Positions 12,725 through 26,308 are shown, counted from the first letter of the stretch. The stretch: DNA of 64,000 bases from Batkoa obscura (GCA_030770535.1 JASVEC010000027.1:558001-622000); one strand, 5' to 3'. A program made the numbers and translations. Notes: generated from the letters alone by a model not told the origin.

Positions 12725-13201
12725 TGATTGGATGAATATACGGATGTTCTTGATAAATCTATAATTGGTCGATTTTCGCATTTTAATTTGTCCAGAAAAG
12801 CTTATTTTAAAAAATAAATGTAATTAAAAAATGGGTTTATTGAAATAATTTTTGCATGGTGAGTTAATAAAGTGCTAATAATGTGGCAACTACATCAAAA
12901 TGAATTATAGTAACAATAGTAAAATAAGCCAATAGTACTATGTAACTACATAACAAAAGAGTAATGTATATTGGCTTAATATATTGATTATATTTATAAT
13001 GAATGATACTAGACTGAATAGCCAATCACTTATTATCCGCAAACACCAACAACTTGAGAAATTTATCTCTTTAATTGGGTATTAAAAATGACTGGGGTTA
13101 CCTTGATTTTAAAAAGATAGTATCCATCCAAGCCATTGATTTAATGATAACCAATGATAGATGAAAGATGGGAATATTTCGACCAATTAGATTACGCCAA
13201 T
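12725..13201. promoter_or_regulatory. Cluster of CCAAT boxes upstream of the casein kinase I gene
   Basis: At least eight CCAAT/ATTGG sites, e.g. CTGATTGG 12723, AGCCAATAG 12928, AGCCAATCA 13020, AACCAATGA 13149, GACCAATTA 13181, CGCCAATAA 13195. Confidence 0.4.
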
Positions 13202-13566
13202 AAGATCCTTTAATTAAGCCACTTCAACTTAAAATTTTATTGAAGGTAGTCAACTAAATTGTTGGGGAATTCAGTATTGCTGAGAAAAATTGAACTATTA
13301 GCACAAAGGGCTTTTTATTAAATAAATTTTTAAAAATTGCTGTTTTTTTTAAAAAAGAGTTATTTATTTAAATTAATAATAACCTTTTTTTTGTTCCAAT
13401 TTTTTTAGTTAATGTAAGTTAATATGTTTTACATTATATTATAAAGCAAACACTTATGATAAATATGTACATAAATTGGATAATGAGTTTTGAATCAACC
13501 TTTGATAAGTTCCTTTTTAACTAATGTTCTTGTTCTAGAATCTCAGTTATTATATAACCGACTATT

Positions 13567-15127
13567 ATGGCTCAAGCACATCAACGTCGAACCAGTGCTG
13601 CACCCACAGGTCAGCATAGTCACCACTCTTCAAGCTCATCACGTTCTGGGCAACCGAACATTGTTGGTGTCCATTATAGAGTAGAAAAAAAGATTGGGGA
13701 AGGTAGCTTTGGAGTTATTTACGCTGGTAAAGAATCAATATTAAAACTAATTATATCATGAATAATATATTTATTTAATCTATTTAGGTACTAATTTATT
13801 AAATAATCAACCAGTGGCTATCAAGTTTGTAAGATTAAGTTAATGTTCTATATTCCGGTTGTTAACACCTTTTAGGAACCTCGTAAGGCGGAAGTACCTC
13901 AGCTCAGAGACGAGTATCGTGCTTATCGTATACTTGCTAACTTACGTACGTTTCATTTTGATTTTATAAAATATAATTTAACCTATTATCAGCTGGTATT
14001 CCTGGAGCGTATTATTTTGGACAAGAAGGACTATATAATGTGTTATGTATTGACCTTTTAGGTCCTTCTTTAGAAGACCTTTTTGATATGTGCCGTAGAA
14101 AATTCAGCGTCAAAACAGTAGCTTTGTTAGCAAAGCAAATGGTCAGCATTCTCTAGCTCAATTTATTAAAATTTTATATTAAATTCAAATTTAGATCTCT
14201 CGTGTTCAATCTGTACATGAAAAATCATTGATCTACCGTGATATTAAACCAGACAATTTCCTTATGGGTAAACCACACTCTAAAAATGCCAACTTGGTAC
14301 ATATGGTGGATTTTGGTATGGTAAAGCAATACCGGGATCCGAAGACAAAGCAACACATCCCCTACCGTGAACGTAAAAGTTTAAGTGGAACTGCAAGATA
14401 CATGAGTATAAATACACATTTGGGTAGAGAACAAAGTCGTCGAGATGATTTGGAAGCTCTAGGCCATGTATTCATGTACTTCCTTAGAGGCTCTTTACCT
14501 TGGCAAGGACTTAAAGCAGCCAACAATAAACAAAAATACGAAAAGATTTCAGAAACAAAACAACTTACGCCTATCAAAGAACTTTGCTCTGGTTTTCCTG
14601 AAGAATTTGCAATCTATATGAATTATACTCGTAAAATGGCTTTTGAAGAAACACCGGATTATGATTATCTTCGAGGCTTAATGGATAAAGTATTAAGTAA
14701 ATTAGGAATTAGGGAAGAGGATGAAGGATTTGATTGGTTAGTTAAAATTGATCAAAATAAATCACCTTCAGTACCATCATATAAACATAATAAGGAACCA
14801 GATAATGGTACGCGTCAAACAATGCCAGGGTCAAAAGCAGCATTGTATAATGCTAGAAAAGGCGAATTTGGAGATGGTAGCCGACTCACTCAGAATGGCT
14901 CTGGTTTGATGACACCTAACGAAGAACCTAGCCTTTCACAACATTACCGAGTAATCCAGGGGTTAAAGCCTGCAGATGGGTTTAGTTCTGGAGATCAAGG
15001 ACATTTACAAACTTCGCAACCAGCAGTTACACCAAAGACGGGATCAAGTCCTAAAGAAGGAAAAGATAAAAAAGGAGGCTTTAGTCAATTTATTGCATTA
15101 TTAACTTGCCGATCCTGTTATAGTTAG
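13567..15127 (+). CDS. Casein kinase I, Yck1/2-Cki / CK1-gamma type; multi-exon
   Basis: [46 protein letters not shown]-terminal cysteines (TCRSCYS) suggest palmitoylation. Confidence 0.95.
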
Positions 15128-15749
15128 ATTGAGAAACGATATCTGTTTAAAAAAATTTAATAATCTTCGATATGTTTTTGATAAATTAATTACTATTTAT
15201 CTGCCTTCATTCTTCTACTTTTTTTAACGCCCACCCTTCATTTAATTTGATCCATATGGCTATATGGTAAAGTATTGTTTCAAGTATAATCCTAACTAAT
15301 ATTAATACATCTTTTTTGTACTGAAATTATAGTTTTGAGTTTTTTTTGATTTATCAGATCTATTTTTATTATAATATATTTAACTAACTTTTTACATTAA
15401 TTTTTAATATATGGGATATCTTTTTGATTCAGTATTTAACTGTCAATCCTTATTATATTGCATAAAGAATAGACCAAATAATTGAAACCAAAAAAGATAC
15501 TTACATGTAATATAAGTATATTAAAATTAAAAATTAAAATTAAAAAATTAATAGCTAAAAAAAAGAAATAAATTATTTAATCAAAGTATGTATATGTATA
15601 ATAAAATTATTTTTAAAAAGCGAAAAAGGTTCAAAAAAGATATTGTTTCCTACATATTATGGTCTCCCTACCTACGAATACTTATAAAAACACGTTTAAA
15701 CTTGAATTCCACTGCAATCCCTAATACCCAAAAAACATAAATATTCCAA

Positions 15750-17177
15750 CTACGAATATTTATAAAACTCATTAGAACTAGGACTTCTATTTTGCTGTTG
15801 TTGTTGCCTTCCATTTCCCAAAAATTTTGGAGAAGAATTAGGTGGTTTTGGTGACCTTTGAGGTTGTTCAAAGTTAGTAATCATATGATCTAAATTCATT
15901 AATAAATGATTGGTATTTTTTAATAATCGATTTAAATTGCTAACTTCATTCATTAATTCATTACGATGCGATATTAAATTTTCATAGCTTAAATTGGGAT
16001 TGTACGGATTATATTGAGGCCCAAGTGCTTGGGGTAAAAGTTGCAATGGTGCTTGTTTATAGTTTAAAGTAGGAGTAGTGTTGCTATGTTTATAGCTGAT
16101 TTCTACACTGTTATTTGAATAGTTTATTATTTCATTGTTACTGCTATGATTACTATTGGTAGTAGGGAGGGGATTAGTGGTTTGCTTGTTATCAAAAAAG
16201 AAGGAATTGATAGGCGGTAATTTAAAATTATTATCACTACTATTGTTTTGATTAATAGCATTATTTTCAGTTAATGCTTTAGTTTGCGATAACTTTAAAT
16301 GTAATTCATTAATATTAATAGCTGTATTATTAATCAATGGACTATGATTTTCTTTTTCAGTCATAATACTAGATTCAGACATTTGAGGTATGATTTTAAT
16401 TTTAGGTTCTGCTTGTTGAACATTGACATTGTATTTCTTATTAGGTTGAATGAAATCTTCAATATTAGGTACTTGTTCTATATCTATATTATCTTCAATC
16501 CCATTACCTTCCTTTTTATTTTTATTAATTTTTTCTTTTACCTTACTATTATTAGCAAATCTACGTCTCCTTTTAATAACTTCCGATTTTAAATAAACAG
16601 ACCTATGTTTACCATGAGTTTTATAATGTAAACCACAAGCATTACACATATTTCGACCCATTTCATCCCTACGCCATAATGGTGTATTACTAGTTTTACA
16701 ATTAAAACATTCCAATAATTTTTTATCCAATTGTTGATTATAAGCTGGACAACCATCACAAGCCACTTTACCTCCGGTACCATCACAGTTTCCATCCCCT
16801 GGACAAGTGCCTTTCACTTGACTTGGATCCTCATTGCTATCTTCTTCTTTGCTTTTTTTTCCTTTACAAACTGGACGTAAAGCATTATTAGTTTTATAGT
16901 ATAAACCACATGCATTACATAATGGTTGGCCATCATTATCTCGTCGCCATAATGGCGTCTTTTTTGTACCACAATTACTGCATATGGTGGCTAAAGATTT
17001 ATCTTCCGGCAATGTGTTGTTGGTATCATTGGTATTTATAGCATTGTCTTGGGGAGTTAGCTGTGTATCAGTCATGGAGTTATTACTATTATTTGTATTA
17101 TTTGTATTAGATAATTCTTGACTATTATTTAAATTCAAATTTAAATTTGGAGTTTGATTTACTGTTAAATAAGCCAT
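15750..17177 (-). CDS. sreA: Iron-responsive GATA repressor (SreA/Urbs1/Fep1 family)
   Basis: Two GATA fingers (CSNC..TPLWRR..CNAC and CFNC..TPLWRR..CNAC) separated by the Cys-rich [17 protein letters not shown] motif; C-terminal coiled coil. Confidence 0.92.
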   Translation of the reverse strand: MAYLTVNQTPNLNLNLNNSQELSNTNNTNNSNNSMTDTQLTPQDNAINTNDTNNTLPEDKSLATICSNCGTKKTPLWRRDNDGQPLCNACGLYYKTNNALRPVCKGKKSKEEDSNEDPSQVKGTCPGDGNCDGTGGKVACDGCPAYNQQLDKKLLECFNCKTSNTPLWRRDEMGRNMCNACGLHYKTHGKHRSVYLKSEVIKRRRRFANNSKVKEKINKNKKEGNGIEDNIDIEQVPNIEDFIQPNKKYNVNVQQAEPKIKIIPQMSESSIMTEKENHSPLINNTAININELHLKLSQTKALTENNAINQNNSSDNNFKLPPINSFFFDNKQTTNPLPTTNSNHSSNNEIINYSNNSVEISYKHSNTTPTLNYKQAPLQLLPQALGPQYNPYNPNLSYENLISHRNELMNEVSNLNRLLKNTNHLLMNLDHMITNFEQPQRSPKPPNSSPKFLGNGRQQQQQNRSPSSNEFYKYS

Positions 17178-19078
17178 TATTATTTTTAAGAAGTTATTAA
17201 CTTTAAAATGGGTGTATAGAAATTTCTATCTTATTTTTTAAAATTTCGTTTTACATAGTTGATGGGAAATAAATTGATTGATTTTATTTTAATTGGTTTA
17301 GAAACTGCTTCGATCAGCTTTTTTGGAGATTTGGATTTCCTTTTTTAATCAGATAAGATTTTTTTAATTGGTCTATTTTCTAAGCTTCGAATAGAATTCT
17401 ATTTTTTTCTATTTTTATTACTTTTTGTTAATGATTTTATCAGCTTTTTTGATAGATTTTAAATATGATTAATAAATAAATTTATTAGTGAAATTAACGG
17501 ATAAATGTTCTATCATTTTCATCAGATTGAATCTGCATTTTATTACTATTATTATTATACTATTACTCAATTATTACTAAAGTAAGATTATGATAAGATT
17601 ATCTATTATAAACAAAAATATCATATTATATAAATAATAATAATAATAATAATCGACGATTATTATATTTTATATATATACTACAATGTCACTTAAATAC
17701 AAACTTTTCTAACTAAATTAAAAATTATATAAATAAAGTTATGAATTTATTATTTAACCTCAATCTGATAGAAAAGTTTCAATAATAAATAATAATTTTA
17801 GATTATTTTGAGTTTTTAAACTTATTCAACTTGTCAATTTAAACTATTTAAATACTTTTTTTGATCTCACAATTTAACCAATCATTTTGTTTAAATCTAA
17901 TTAATTTAATGAATATGATCTTTATTTCTAATAGTTTTGTTTATTTTGAGTAGCTTAAAATTAAATGATCAATTGCTATTTAAATTTTATTTTATAAATT
18001 TTTCTAAAAATAAGGTGTATTATTTTATACAATATAAACTTCTTAAAACAAAGTATAGCGTTAAATTAGTATATTACTTTTATTAACTAATAAGATAATC
18101 AAAAACAAAAGTTTTTTTAATTAAATAAAATTAAACTTTATATAATTATTTTCTGATTTGAAATATTTTATAAAATATTATATTAATCACAAGCATTATG
18201 AAAGTAAGTATTTTTTTTTTAATAATTTAAAATAAAAATTTATTTTTATAATTGATATTAAATTACTGTTTCCTTTAAGAAAAACTAATTACATAAAAAA
18301 TAGCTATAAAAAAAATTGTTCAAATAGGGTATATAAATGTCTAAATTAGTTTTATTTTTTTATCTAATTTAAATATTTTATGTTTTAAAAAACTTTGCTT
18401 AAAATTCTATAAAAATAAATTCTTTATTAAAAAATAAAAGTATTTAACACAGTTTTAAATTATTTTATTATAATTTATATTGTAAGTTGGTAGAATTTCT
18501 ACTAAATTTAATAAAAATCCCTGGATTAGCAAGACTTTTACTAATATAACCTTATATTAGTATTAATCAAAATTATAATATGTAAATAAATATATATTTA
18601 TAAAACTTAAATTTTTTGCTTTTTTGTAAAATAAACTGGTGTGAAAGTGGTACTCAGTGGTTGGAGTTAAAAGCAGTCCTTGGTTGATTAACTTGCCTTG
18701 AGTCGAACAGTCTTAGTTTATGTAACTAATATAGACTTAAATTAATAGGAATAATAAGTAATAAGCTACGAACTATGTAAAACAAATATAATAGAAGATA
18801 CTACTGTAAAATCTATGTAAGATATTGTCAGAAAGACTTAGTGACTTTATTAATGATACGATATCAGGGAGTAATTCAGTTAAAAAGCCTCGAGTTATCA
18901 TGTTTGATAATCTCTTTTATACTCCAACTTGGTGGCTATATGTAAGGGGCATAGCAATAGCTATTATTTATTATAGTTGCCAAGCATGGGCATTAAAACG
19001 TGGACAATAAGTTCTTTGCAATTAAGCAATAGAAATTCTCACAGAAAATCAAAGTAAAGAACTCTGAATTAATTATAC

Positions 19079-19175
19079 GGAGGTGTTTTTTTTGATTTCA
19101 TTATTTTTTCCATTTTTTAAGTGTTATTTGAGCGGAAAGATTGCTAGTAAAATTCTTAAACAAAAATGCATCCAC
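19079..19175 (+). mobile_element. MITE copy 3
   Basis: GGAGGTGTTTTTTTTG...GCATCCAC; flanks ATAC/ATAT. Confidence 0.8.
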
Positions 19176-19521
19176 ATATCACATGGATCACGGTCAAATT
19201 GATTATAAGATTAGAATTAATTTTGTAAACAAGTTAAATGATTATTATGTTATAATTAATCCGAGAGCTGATAAACCAATATTTCACACTGGGGTTGATT
19301 TTTTAAATTATTAATTTTATTATATTTATAAATAAAAATTTTAAATTTCAAAATTAATTAGTATTTTTTATTGTGTTTATTTTTTTTTAAATTGTATATT
19401 AGGCACACATATTACATAAATTTGTTTTTCTTGTTGCATTTTTAAAACTATTTAATATATATTTAAAAAATGTTGATTTAGCTACTGCTTTGTTTTTTAA
19501 ATTATTAAATATTTAATATAT

Positions 19522-19622
19522 GAGGGTATTTCTTTTGGCTTTATTCTTTTTCTATTTTCTATTTTCTAAGCGCTATTTAAGCGGAAAGATTGTTAGTAAA
19601 ATTTTAAATAAAATACATCCCC
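19522..19622 (+). mobile_element. MITE copy 4
   Basis: GAGGGTATT...ATACATCCCC; target duplication ATAT/ATAT. Confidence 0.85.
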
Positions 19623-19799
19623 ATATATTATTTGATAAATATTTACTATTTTTATTAAATTTTGATGAAATATTAAATCATTGAGTAAATATTGTATAAT
19701 AATTTTAATTTACTTATTTTTAATTTTTCAATAATTATATTGATTTCTACTTATATTAAATCTAAAAAATTCATATCAAAAAAATAATATAAAACATAT

Positions 19800-19876
19800 G
19801 GGGATGTATTTTTTGTTTAAAAATTTTGCTAACAAGCTTTCTACTTAAAAAATGGAAACCAAAAAAACATATCCCC
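19800..19876 (-). mobile_element. MITE copy 5 (internal deletion)
   Basis: GGGGATGTATTTTTTG...ATATCCCC; target duplication ATAT/ATAT; ~20 bp shorter than other copies. Confidence 0.8.
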
Positions 19877-19924
19877 ATATATTTGTCTAAATAGTGTAAA
19901 ACAAAATAAAGTACAATTTGTTTA

Positions 19925-19996
19925 CTTCCTCACGGGGAATCGAACCCCGGCCGTTCCGGTGAAAGCGGAAAATCCTAACCACTGGACCATGAAGAA
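19925..19996 (-). tRNA. tRNA-Glu (anticodon TTC)
   Basis: Cloverleaf: acceptor TTCTTCA/TGAGGAA, A-box TGGTCCAGTGG, anticodon arm TTCCG-CTTTCAC-CGGAA, T arm CGGGG-TTCGATT-CCCCG. Confidence 0.97.
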
Positions 19997-20270
19997 TTTG
20001 TATTTAATTATTTATATTACTAGGTAATTTTATTTATAGGAAAAAATATTAAAGGGCTATTTTGATTGAGTAAATTGTATTATTTTTTATAATCTCAAAT
20101 ACTCAAACAAAATTGACCCATTTTTCAAGGCAATGATTGAGCCAGTCACTCAGTCTGACGCATCTTATCACTGATTGGCTAACTTAACTACTGATTGTCA
20201 ACATTGTACTTTTGGACTGATAAAAATATTCACTTCAATTTTTGGAACTTGAAATAAATAAAATATCTAA

Positions 20271-21252
20271 ATGAGTGAAAGTATTCGAAATCAAATAGCA
20301 CAAAGAAGAGCCACTATTCGACGTACAAAAACAGTGGATCCATTTGATGCGGTTAGTGTGCAATCTGAGAATCAAGAAATCGGAGAAAATGCAATGAGAA
20401 AGTTGTTGGAAGTGGCAAAGAGTAGTGGTAAGTAAATTATGAGTTGTCAATTTATATTATATTATAAAATAAAGATAAAATGAAAATGAATTAATATAAA
20501 TTAATTATATAGGGAAGTTAGCATTGAATAACCGAGGGTTGGAGAGTTTGCCGGATTCTATGTTTTCTGAGTTTCAAGTAGGGAAAAGAAGTGTGACCGT
20601 TGATTTGAGTGGAAATAACGATCGGGTGCAATGGTGGGAACAAAAAGAAATTAACAAGTTGTATTTAAATGACAACCAATTGAAGAATATTGATGAAAGA
20701 ATTATGGAAAATTTTAAAGAGTTGATTGTAGTGGATGTAAGTTTTTTAAATCAAGTATGTAATAATGATGGTAATGATTTTTTTATACTTTTAGTTAATG
20801 AATAATCGTATCCAGGAAATTACTACTAAAGTAGATGGATTTTTCAATTTAAAAATATTAAATTTGTCTCATAATAAGTTGCAACATTTGCCACAAGAAT
20901 TATTCAATTTAAAATTAACTGAATTGAATTTAAGTCATAATGAAATTCAAGATTTCAACTATAATATTTTGGATAAGGAGATTAATGAGACATTAATTAC
21001 ACTTAATTTATCAAATAATTTTATTACTAATATTCATGATAGTATTAATCAATTAAATAAATTAACTAACTTAGATTTATCTAATAATAAATTACAACAA
21101 TTACCAATCGAAATTAAAGAATTACAATCATTAACTACATTAAATTTAAAAAGAAATCAATTGGAATCAATTCCATTTTTTGAATATGAATCTAAGTTGA
21201 ATAAATTAAATTATTTAGATTGTTCATTTAATAGAATAAAACAATTACAAAG

Positions 21253-21286
<34 letters not shown>

Positions 21287-21630
21287 TTACAATTAAAACA
21301 ATTGAACTTATCTAATAATCAATTATCTAATATTCATGATATATTATTACAAACACCGTCAATAACAAGTTTAATATTAAATAATAATCAATTCTTTGAA
21401 TTTCCAGAAAATATAATTAAATTAAATCAACTTACAATGTTGGATATTTCTAATAATCAATTAAAAAATATTGATTATAAATTAGGTTATTTAAATAATT
21501 TAAAACAATTTTTATTTGAAGGAAATAGTTTAAGAGCATTACCTAAAATTCATAATGTAGGAATGGAAGAATTTTTAACTATTTTGAGACAAAGGGAGGA
21601 ATTAAATGCAAGTAATAATAAAGATAAAGA

Positions 21631-21693
<63 letters not shown>

Positions 21694-22423
21694 AATAATT
21701 ATAGATAATAATAATAATAATAATCAAAAATTATTATTATTTGATAAAGATAGTTTAATTCCATTTAGTAAACATGAATTAATTAATCAAATAATTAAAT
21801 TAAATAATCAACAATTGAATGATATTCAAATTGATGAAAGTATGCAGGGTAATTTACCAATTATACCAAAAGTAATTGATTTTGAAAAAAATCAATTAAA
21901 TGAATTTCCAAAATCATTATATTTATACAAAGATAATTTAGAAACTATTAAATTAAATAATAATTTATTAAAAAAAGTACAAATAAATCAAGTATTTTTT
22001 AAATTAAATAATTTAGAATTAAAACATAATAAATTAATTGAATTTCCATTTGTAAAAGAAAATAATAATGATATTCCATTATTTCCAAATCTAAAAACAT
22101 TAAATTTAGGTTTTAATAATATTCAAAAATTACCAATTATTGAACTTCAATATACACATGTACCTAATTTAACTAGTTTACTTATAACTAATAATCAAAT
22201 TGAAGATATTAAACAAAGTTTATCATTTTTAATTAAGATTCCATATTTAGATTTATCTAATAATCAAATTAAATCCTTACCTCCAATGATTGCTTGTGAA
22301 GAATCGAAAGTAAAGACATTAGAAGTATTAGGAAATGCATTTTTATTTCCACGATATCAAATATTACAAAAAGGAAGTAGTTATTTACTTGAATATTTAA
22401 AGGGTAGGATTCCAAAGCAATAG
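20271..22423 (+). CDS. Leucine-rich repeat protein, LRRC40-like; 3 exons
   Basis: LLEVAKSSG|KLALNNRGL..WWEQKEINKLYLNDNQL, many LxxLxLxxN repeats, C-terminal GNAFLFPRYQILQKG..LLEYLKGRIP. Confidence 0.85.
21632..21691 (+). repeat. (AAT)20 microsatellite encoding poly-Asn
   Basis: Perfect AAT run inside the LRR gene. Confidence 0.95.
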
Positions 22424-22920
22424 AAAAAAATCAATATTAATGAATATGTTATAATAATGAATTTAACTTTTATTTTATTACTACTTAAATAATAAAATTA
22501 TACACAATAATATTTATTATTTTTATTTATTTATTATAAAAGTCATAGAAGTAATATTGATAATTGAGTTATATTAATTTTTGATTTTTCTTGAGATAAT
22601 TGTTATAGATTAAATATATTATATATTAAAAAAATAATATATATATATATATATATATAAAAGATAAAGCATTTGATTTATACAAAATATGTTTATTTAT
22701 TTATTATAATAGATTTATATTCGCTAATTATTTCAACTATATATATATACATATAAAATAAAAATAACTTTAATAAAAAAAGAAAAAGAAAAAGAGACTA
22801 CGATGGTATGGTGATAATAATAAAAATTGAGTATAATACTCTAGATAAAATATTCTCTTTTTCCTCACTTTTAGATAAATTTAAAAAAATATTAATAACA
22901 TAATTTCACAAAACTCATTT

Positions 22921-22948
22921 CCACTCTTCCACTCTTCCACTCTTCCAC
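22921..22948. repeat. (CCACTCTT)n short tandem repeat, ~3.5 units
   Basis: CCACTCTTCCACTCTTCCACTCTTCCAC just 3' of the F-box gene stop. Confidence 0.8.
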
Positions 22949-22960
22949 TTTCTCTTCCCT

Positions 22961-24533
22961 TTATTCTAATGGTCGAAATGGATCTTCTTCTTCAACATCA
23001 GATAAAGCATCTAATTCAGCTACTTCAATATTTAAATTACGATGGGTAATTCGACGCCACCATTTACGTATTGGATGAGGTAAAAACTGTTGCATACCAC
23101 CACCATTACTTATATAAATTGTAGAATTATCTTCTGTTTCTATTATTAATGGATTTCCTTTAATATCTTGATATAAAGACTATATAGAATAATAATAAAA
23201 TAAATGTTAATTAATATAATATTAAAATTAAAATTAAAATTCTTATATATAAAATATAATTAATTACCTTTAATGTACTTTTATCAATTGTATTTGAGAT
23301 TCCATTATGAACTAATTTAATAAAATAATCACAACTTAATCTTCTATTATTACCATTTCGAAATTCTCTATCTAAAAATAAAAAGATCCAAAATAAATGA
23401 GATATCATTGTTTCTGGTGAATTATCGGGTGAAAATTGTTGATAAATTTTTGGATTACTTTGACAATATTCAATAGATAATTCATTAACAATTTGAGGAA
23501 TATTCTTATTTTGTTTTTCATTTAATCCTTTTCTTAATGTACGTAACATAGGTAAATCAGCATATGGCTTATTTTTTAATAAAGTATCTAAGGCATCTTT
23601 TGCTGGTGATTGCCAACGTTTACATACTAATGAACAATTAATTAAATCTTTTGGTGAATATAATTTTAAAAAAATTAAATTTAATAATTCTAATGGTAAT
23701 TTATCAATTGGAGATTCATTATTATTATTATTATTAATCATTAATGGAGGTTGACTTAGAGGTGAACTACCAATAATACTTCCTTTCTTTACTCCATTAA
23801 CTTTATTATTTTGATTTTTAGGCGGAGATTTTAATAATAATTTAGGTGTTAAATTACGAATTCTTCTCATAGCTGGAGATGAATTATTTACTGGCGGATT
23901 ACTAGCTAATAATTTATTCATAATATCTCCTGCATCTTTAATATTGTTAGGAAATAAAGGTTGAGGTCGATTATTTTCATATGAAGGACTATATCTTCTA
24001 TATCCATTAAATGAATGTCTTTCACTACCTAATCTCTCTACTTGTTGTAATCGATTACCAATAGATTGTAATTGTTGTGAATTTTGATTAGATCTTGGGG
24101 ATAATTTTCTTGCTAAGTTTAAAAAACGTTGCATTGGACTTAAATTACGTTGATTATTATTTGGTAATGAAGTCAACCTATCTACCATATTAATAGGTGT
24201 AGGTAATTGAATAGGTCTTCCTTGTGTAGTTGAAGTAGGTGAAATTAATGGACTTAAGTTAGGTCTCTGTGGTGATAAATTAGGTCTTAATCCATTATTA
24301 ACTCTTGGTGATAAAGTCAAATTGATACTATCTGTAGTTGAAGATGTTGACATACTTAATGAAGTGGGTGATAAAGTATTACGATTTAATGGTTGTGGTG
24401 AACTTACACCTCTTGGTCGTCGTAAGTTTACAGGTGGTTGGGGATAAGCTCTAGAATGTAATCTTCTATTGTTGTTTAATGGCATATTTCTTACCATATT
24501 ATGTGGCTCGGTGCAAACATTGTTATCAGACAT
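22961..24533 (-). CDS. F-box protein with degenerate Sec7-like domain (FBXO8-like architecture); 2 exons
   Basis: F-box LPLELLNLIFLKL..DLINCSLVCKRW; then ELSIEYCQSNP..LFWIFLFLDREFRN..RRLSCDYFIKL..TLK|SLYQDIKGNPL, matching the C-terminal half of Sec7; second exon ends DPFRPLE*. Confidence 0.72.
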
Positions 24534-25641
24534 AATTTACTAAGATTGATATAAAGATTATATAAATTGATTTTTGTGTATTTGAATATATAAAAGAATA
24601 AAAATATATACAAATTTAAAGGAAATAATAGAAATATAAAAATTTATAATGGGTTAAATTAATAGGACAAAAAAATACTTAATAATTTTAGAAAAAAAAA
24701 GTTCAAATAAATCTAATTTACCCTTATTTTTTTTTGATATTGATATCATAAAAGTTGGTAATTCAATAGATTGATTTAATTGGTAGAAATTTTTGGCAAA
24801 TACTTCTATTCTAAGTATTAGATTGGTTTATTTTAATAATTTATCTATTTTATCAAGGGAGAGAAAACATGAAATCATAAGTTTTATTGAAAAGGATAGG
24901 TTAAATTTTATAAAAATATACAAAATAAAAATACAAGTTTGTTTTTAGAATAAATAAATAGAAATATTTGTTAAATATAAAAATAATAGGATAAAAACAT
25001 AGTTATTAAACTATTAAATAAATTAATAGAAAGGGTGAGTAAAAAATTTATTATTGTTTATAAACATATTTTATTCTTTAAATATCTTGTTAATTTTCAA
25101 TATATCTTTACTCTCCTACCTCCTTAACCCTTAAATTATTAATATCATCATACAGTAGTTAAATAATGTATTTAACATATGTTAATTATGATCTATATTA
25201 ATAGCAAACTTCCTTTTTTTATTTATTGTTACTATTGAGTAAATTATTTCTTTAATATATTTTGAAGGGATAAATGCTTTAGTAAGTGTAAAATATTAAT
25301 GAGTAAAAAAGAATACTAAACGTTATTTAAAAATTCAAAAATCATGTTAATAGTAAGTAACATATTAGGGTTAAAGTTAGTATTAGATATTATTTGTTTA
25401 ATGTTCTAAAAATTGATTTTTAAAAAATTTATAAAGATTAAAAATTCCTTCTTTATCAAAAATTTCATAATTTTAAAAAAAATACAAGTTCAAATTCAAC
25501 ACCAATTAGTTTTTATCACATCAATATTCTTAAAAACCAATTAAATTCAAGCTTTCAATAAAATAATGAAATTCAACTTAACAATTAAAGGAGTTGAAAA
25601 AGATCATTTAATTTTTGGATTTAGATAAAACAAAGAAAACA

Positions 25642-26271
25642 ATGAAAATTCAAACTATTATTATTAGTATTACTTTATTATTATGTTCCTTAACTAGTTT
25701 TCGAACTATAATGGAGGCAGATCAAACAGATTGTTATTATATTACTATGGAAAAATTGGATTTATTTTTATTATCTTATGATGCTATTGAAGGGGGGGAT
25801 CAAATTATTGATTTTAAGGTAAAATAAATAATATACAAATATATATATATATATTATCTAATATAATTTATAATATTTAAAAAAGAGAATCACTAATGTG
25901 TTTTTATTTTATTGTAGCTCTTTAACCCATTTAATGTATTATTAAAACATACCCCAGATCGTAAAGATGCGTATTATTCATATAATGCCTCGAATCCAGG
26001 AGATCATAAATATTGCTTTGGTAATCAATTAACACAAAAAAAATTAGTATTTGTACCCCAATTATTAAAATATAATAATATGGAGGATAAAAAAAGTAAG
26101 TTAATAATATTTATTTAATTAATAGTAAAATTAATTAATTAATTTTATTTATTATTAGATGATGACTCTCATCAATGGGTTCAACAAGAATTAGATAAAA
26201 TGAAAGAATATATTAGTAAAATTGAAGGCCAAATTCAATCTTCTATTGATAGAGATGGTTATCATAATAGA

Positions 26272-26308
<37 letters not shown>

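Noticed and set aside
791..17177. An iron/heme gene cluster (pirins, cytochrome b5, SreA)
   Set aside because: The genes are separated by unrelated housekeeping genes, and no shared motif was seen upstream of the pirins or the b5 gene
19522..19876. Composite transposon bounded by two inverted MITE copies
   Set aside because: Each copy has its own ATAT duplication, which is more consistent with independent insertions
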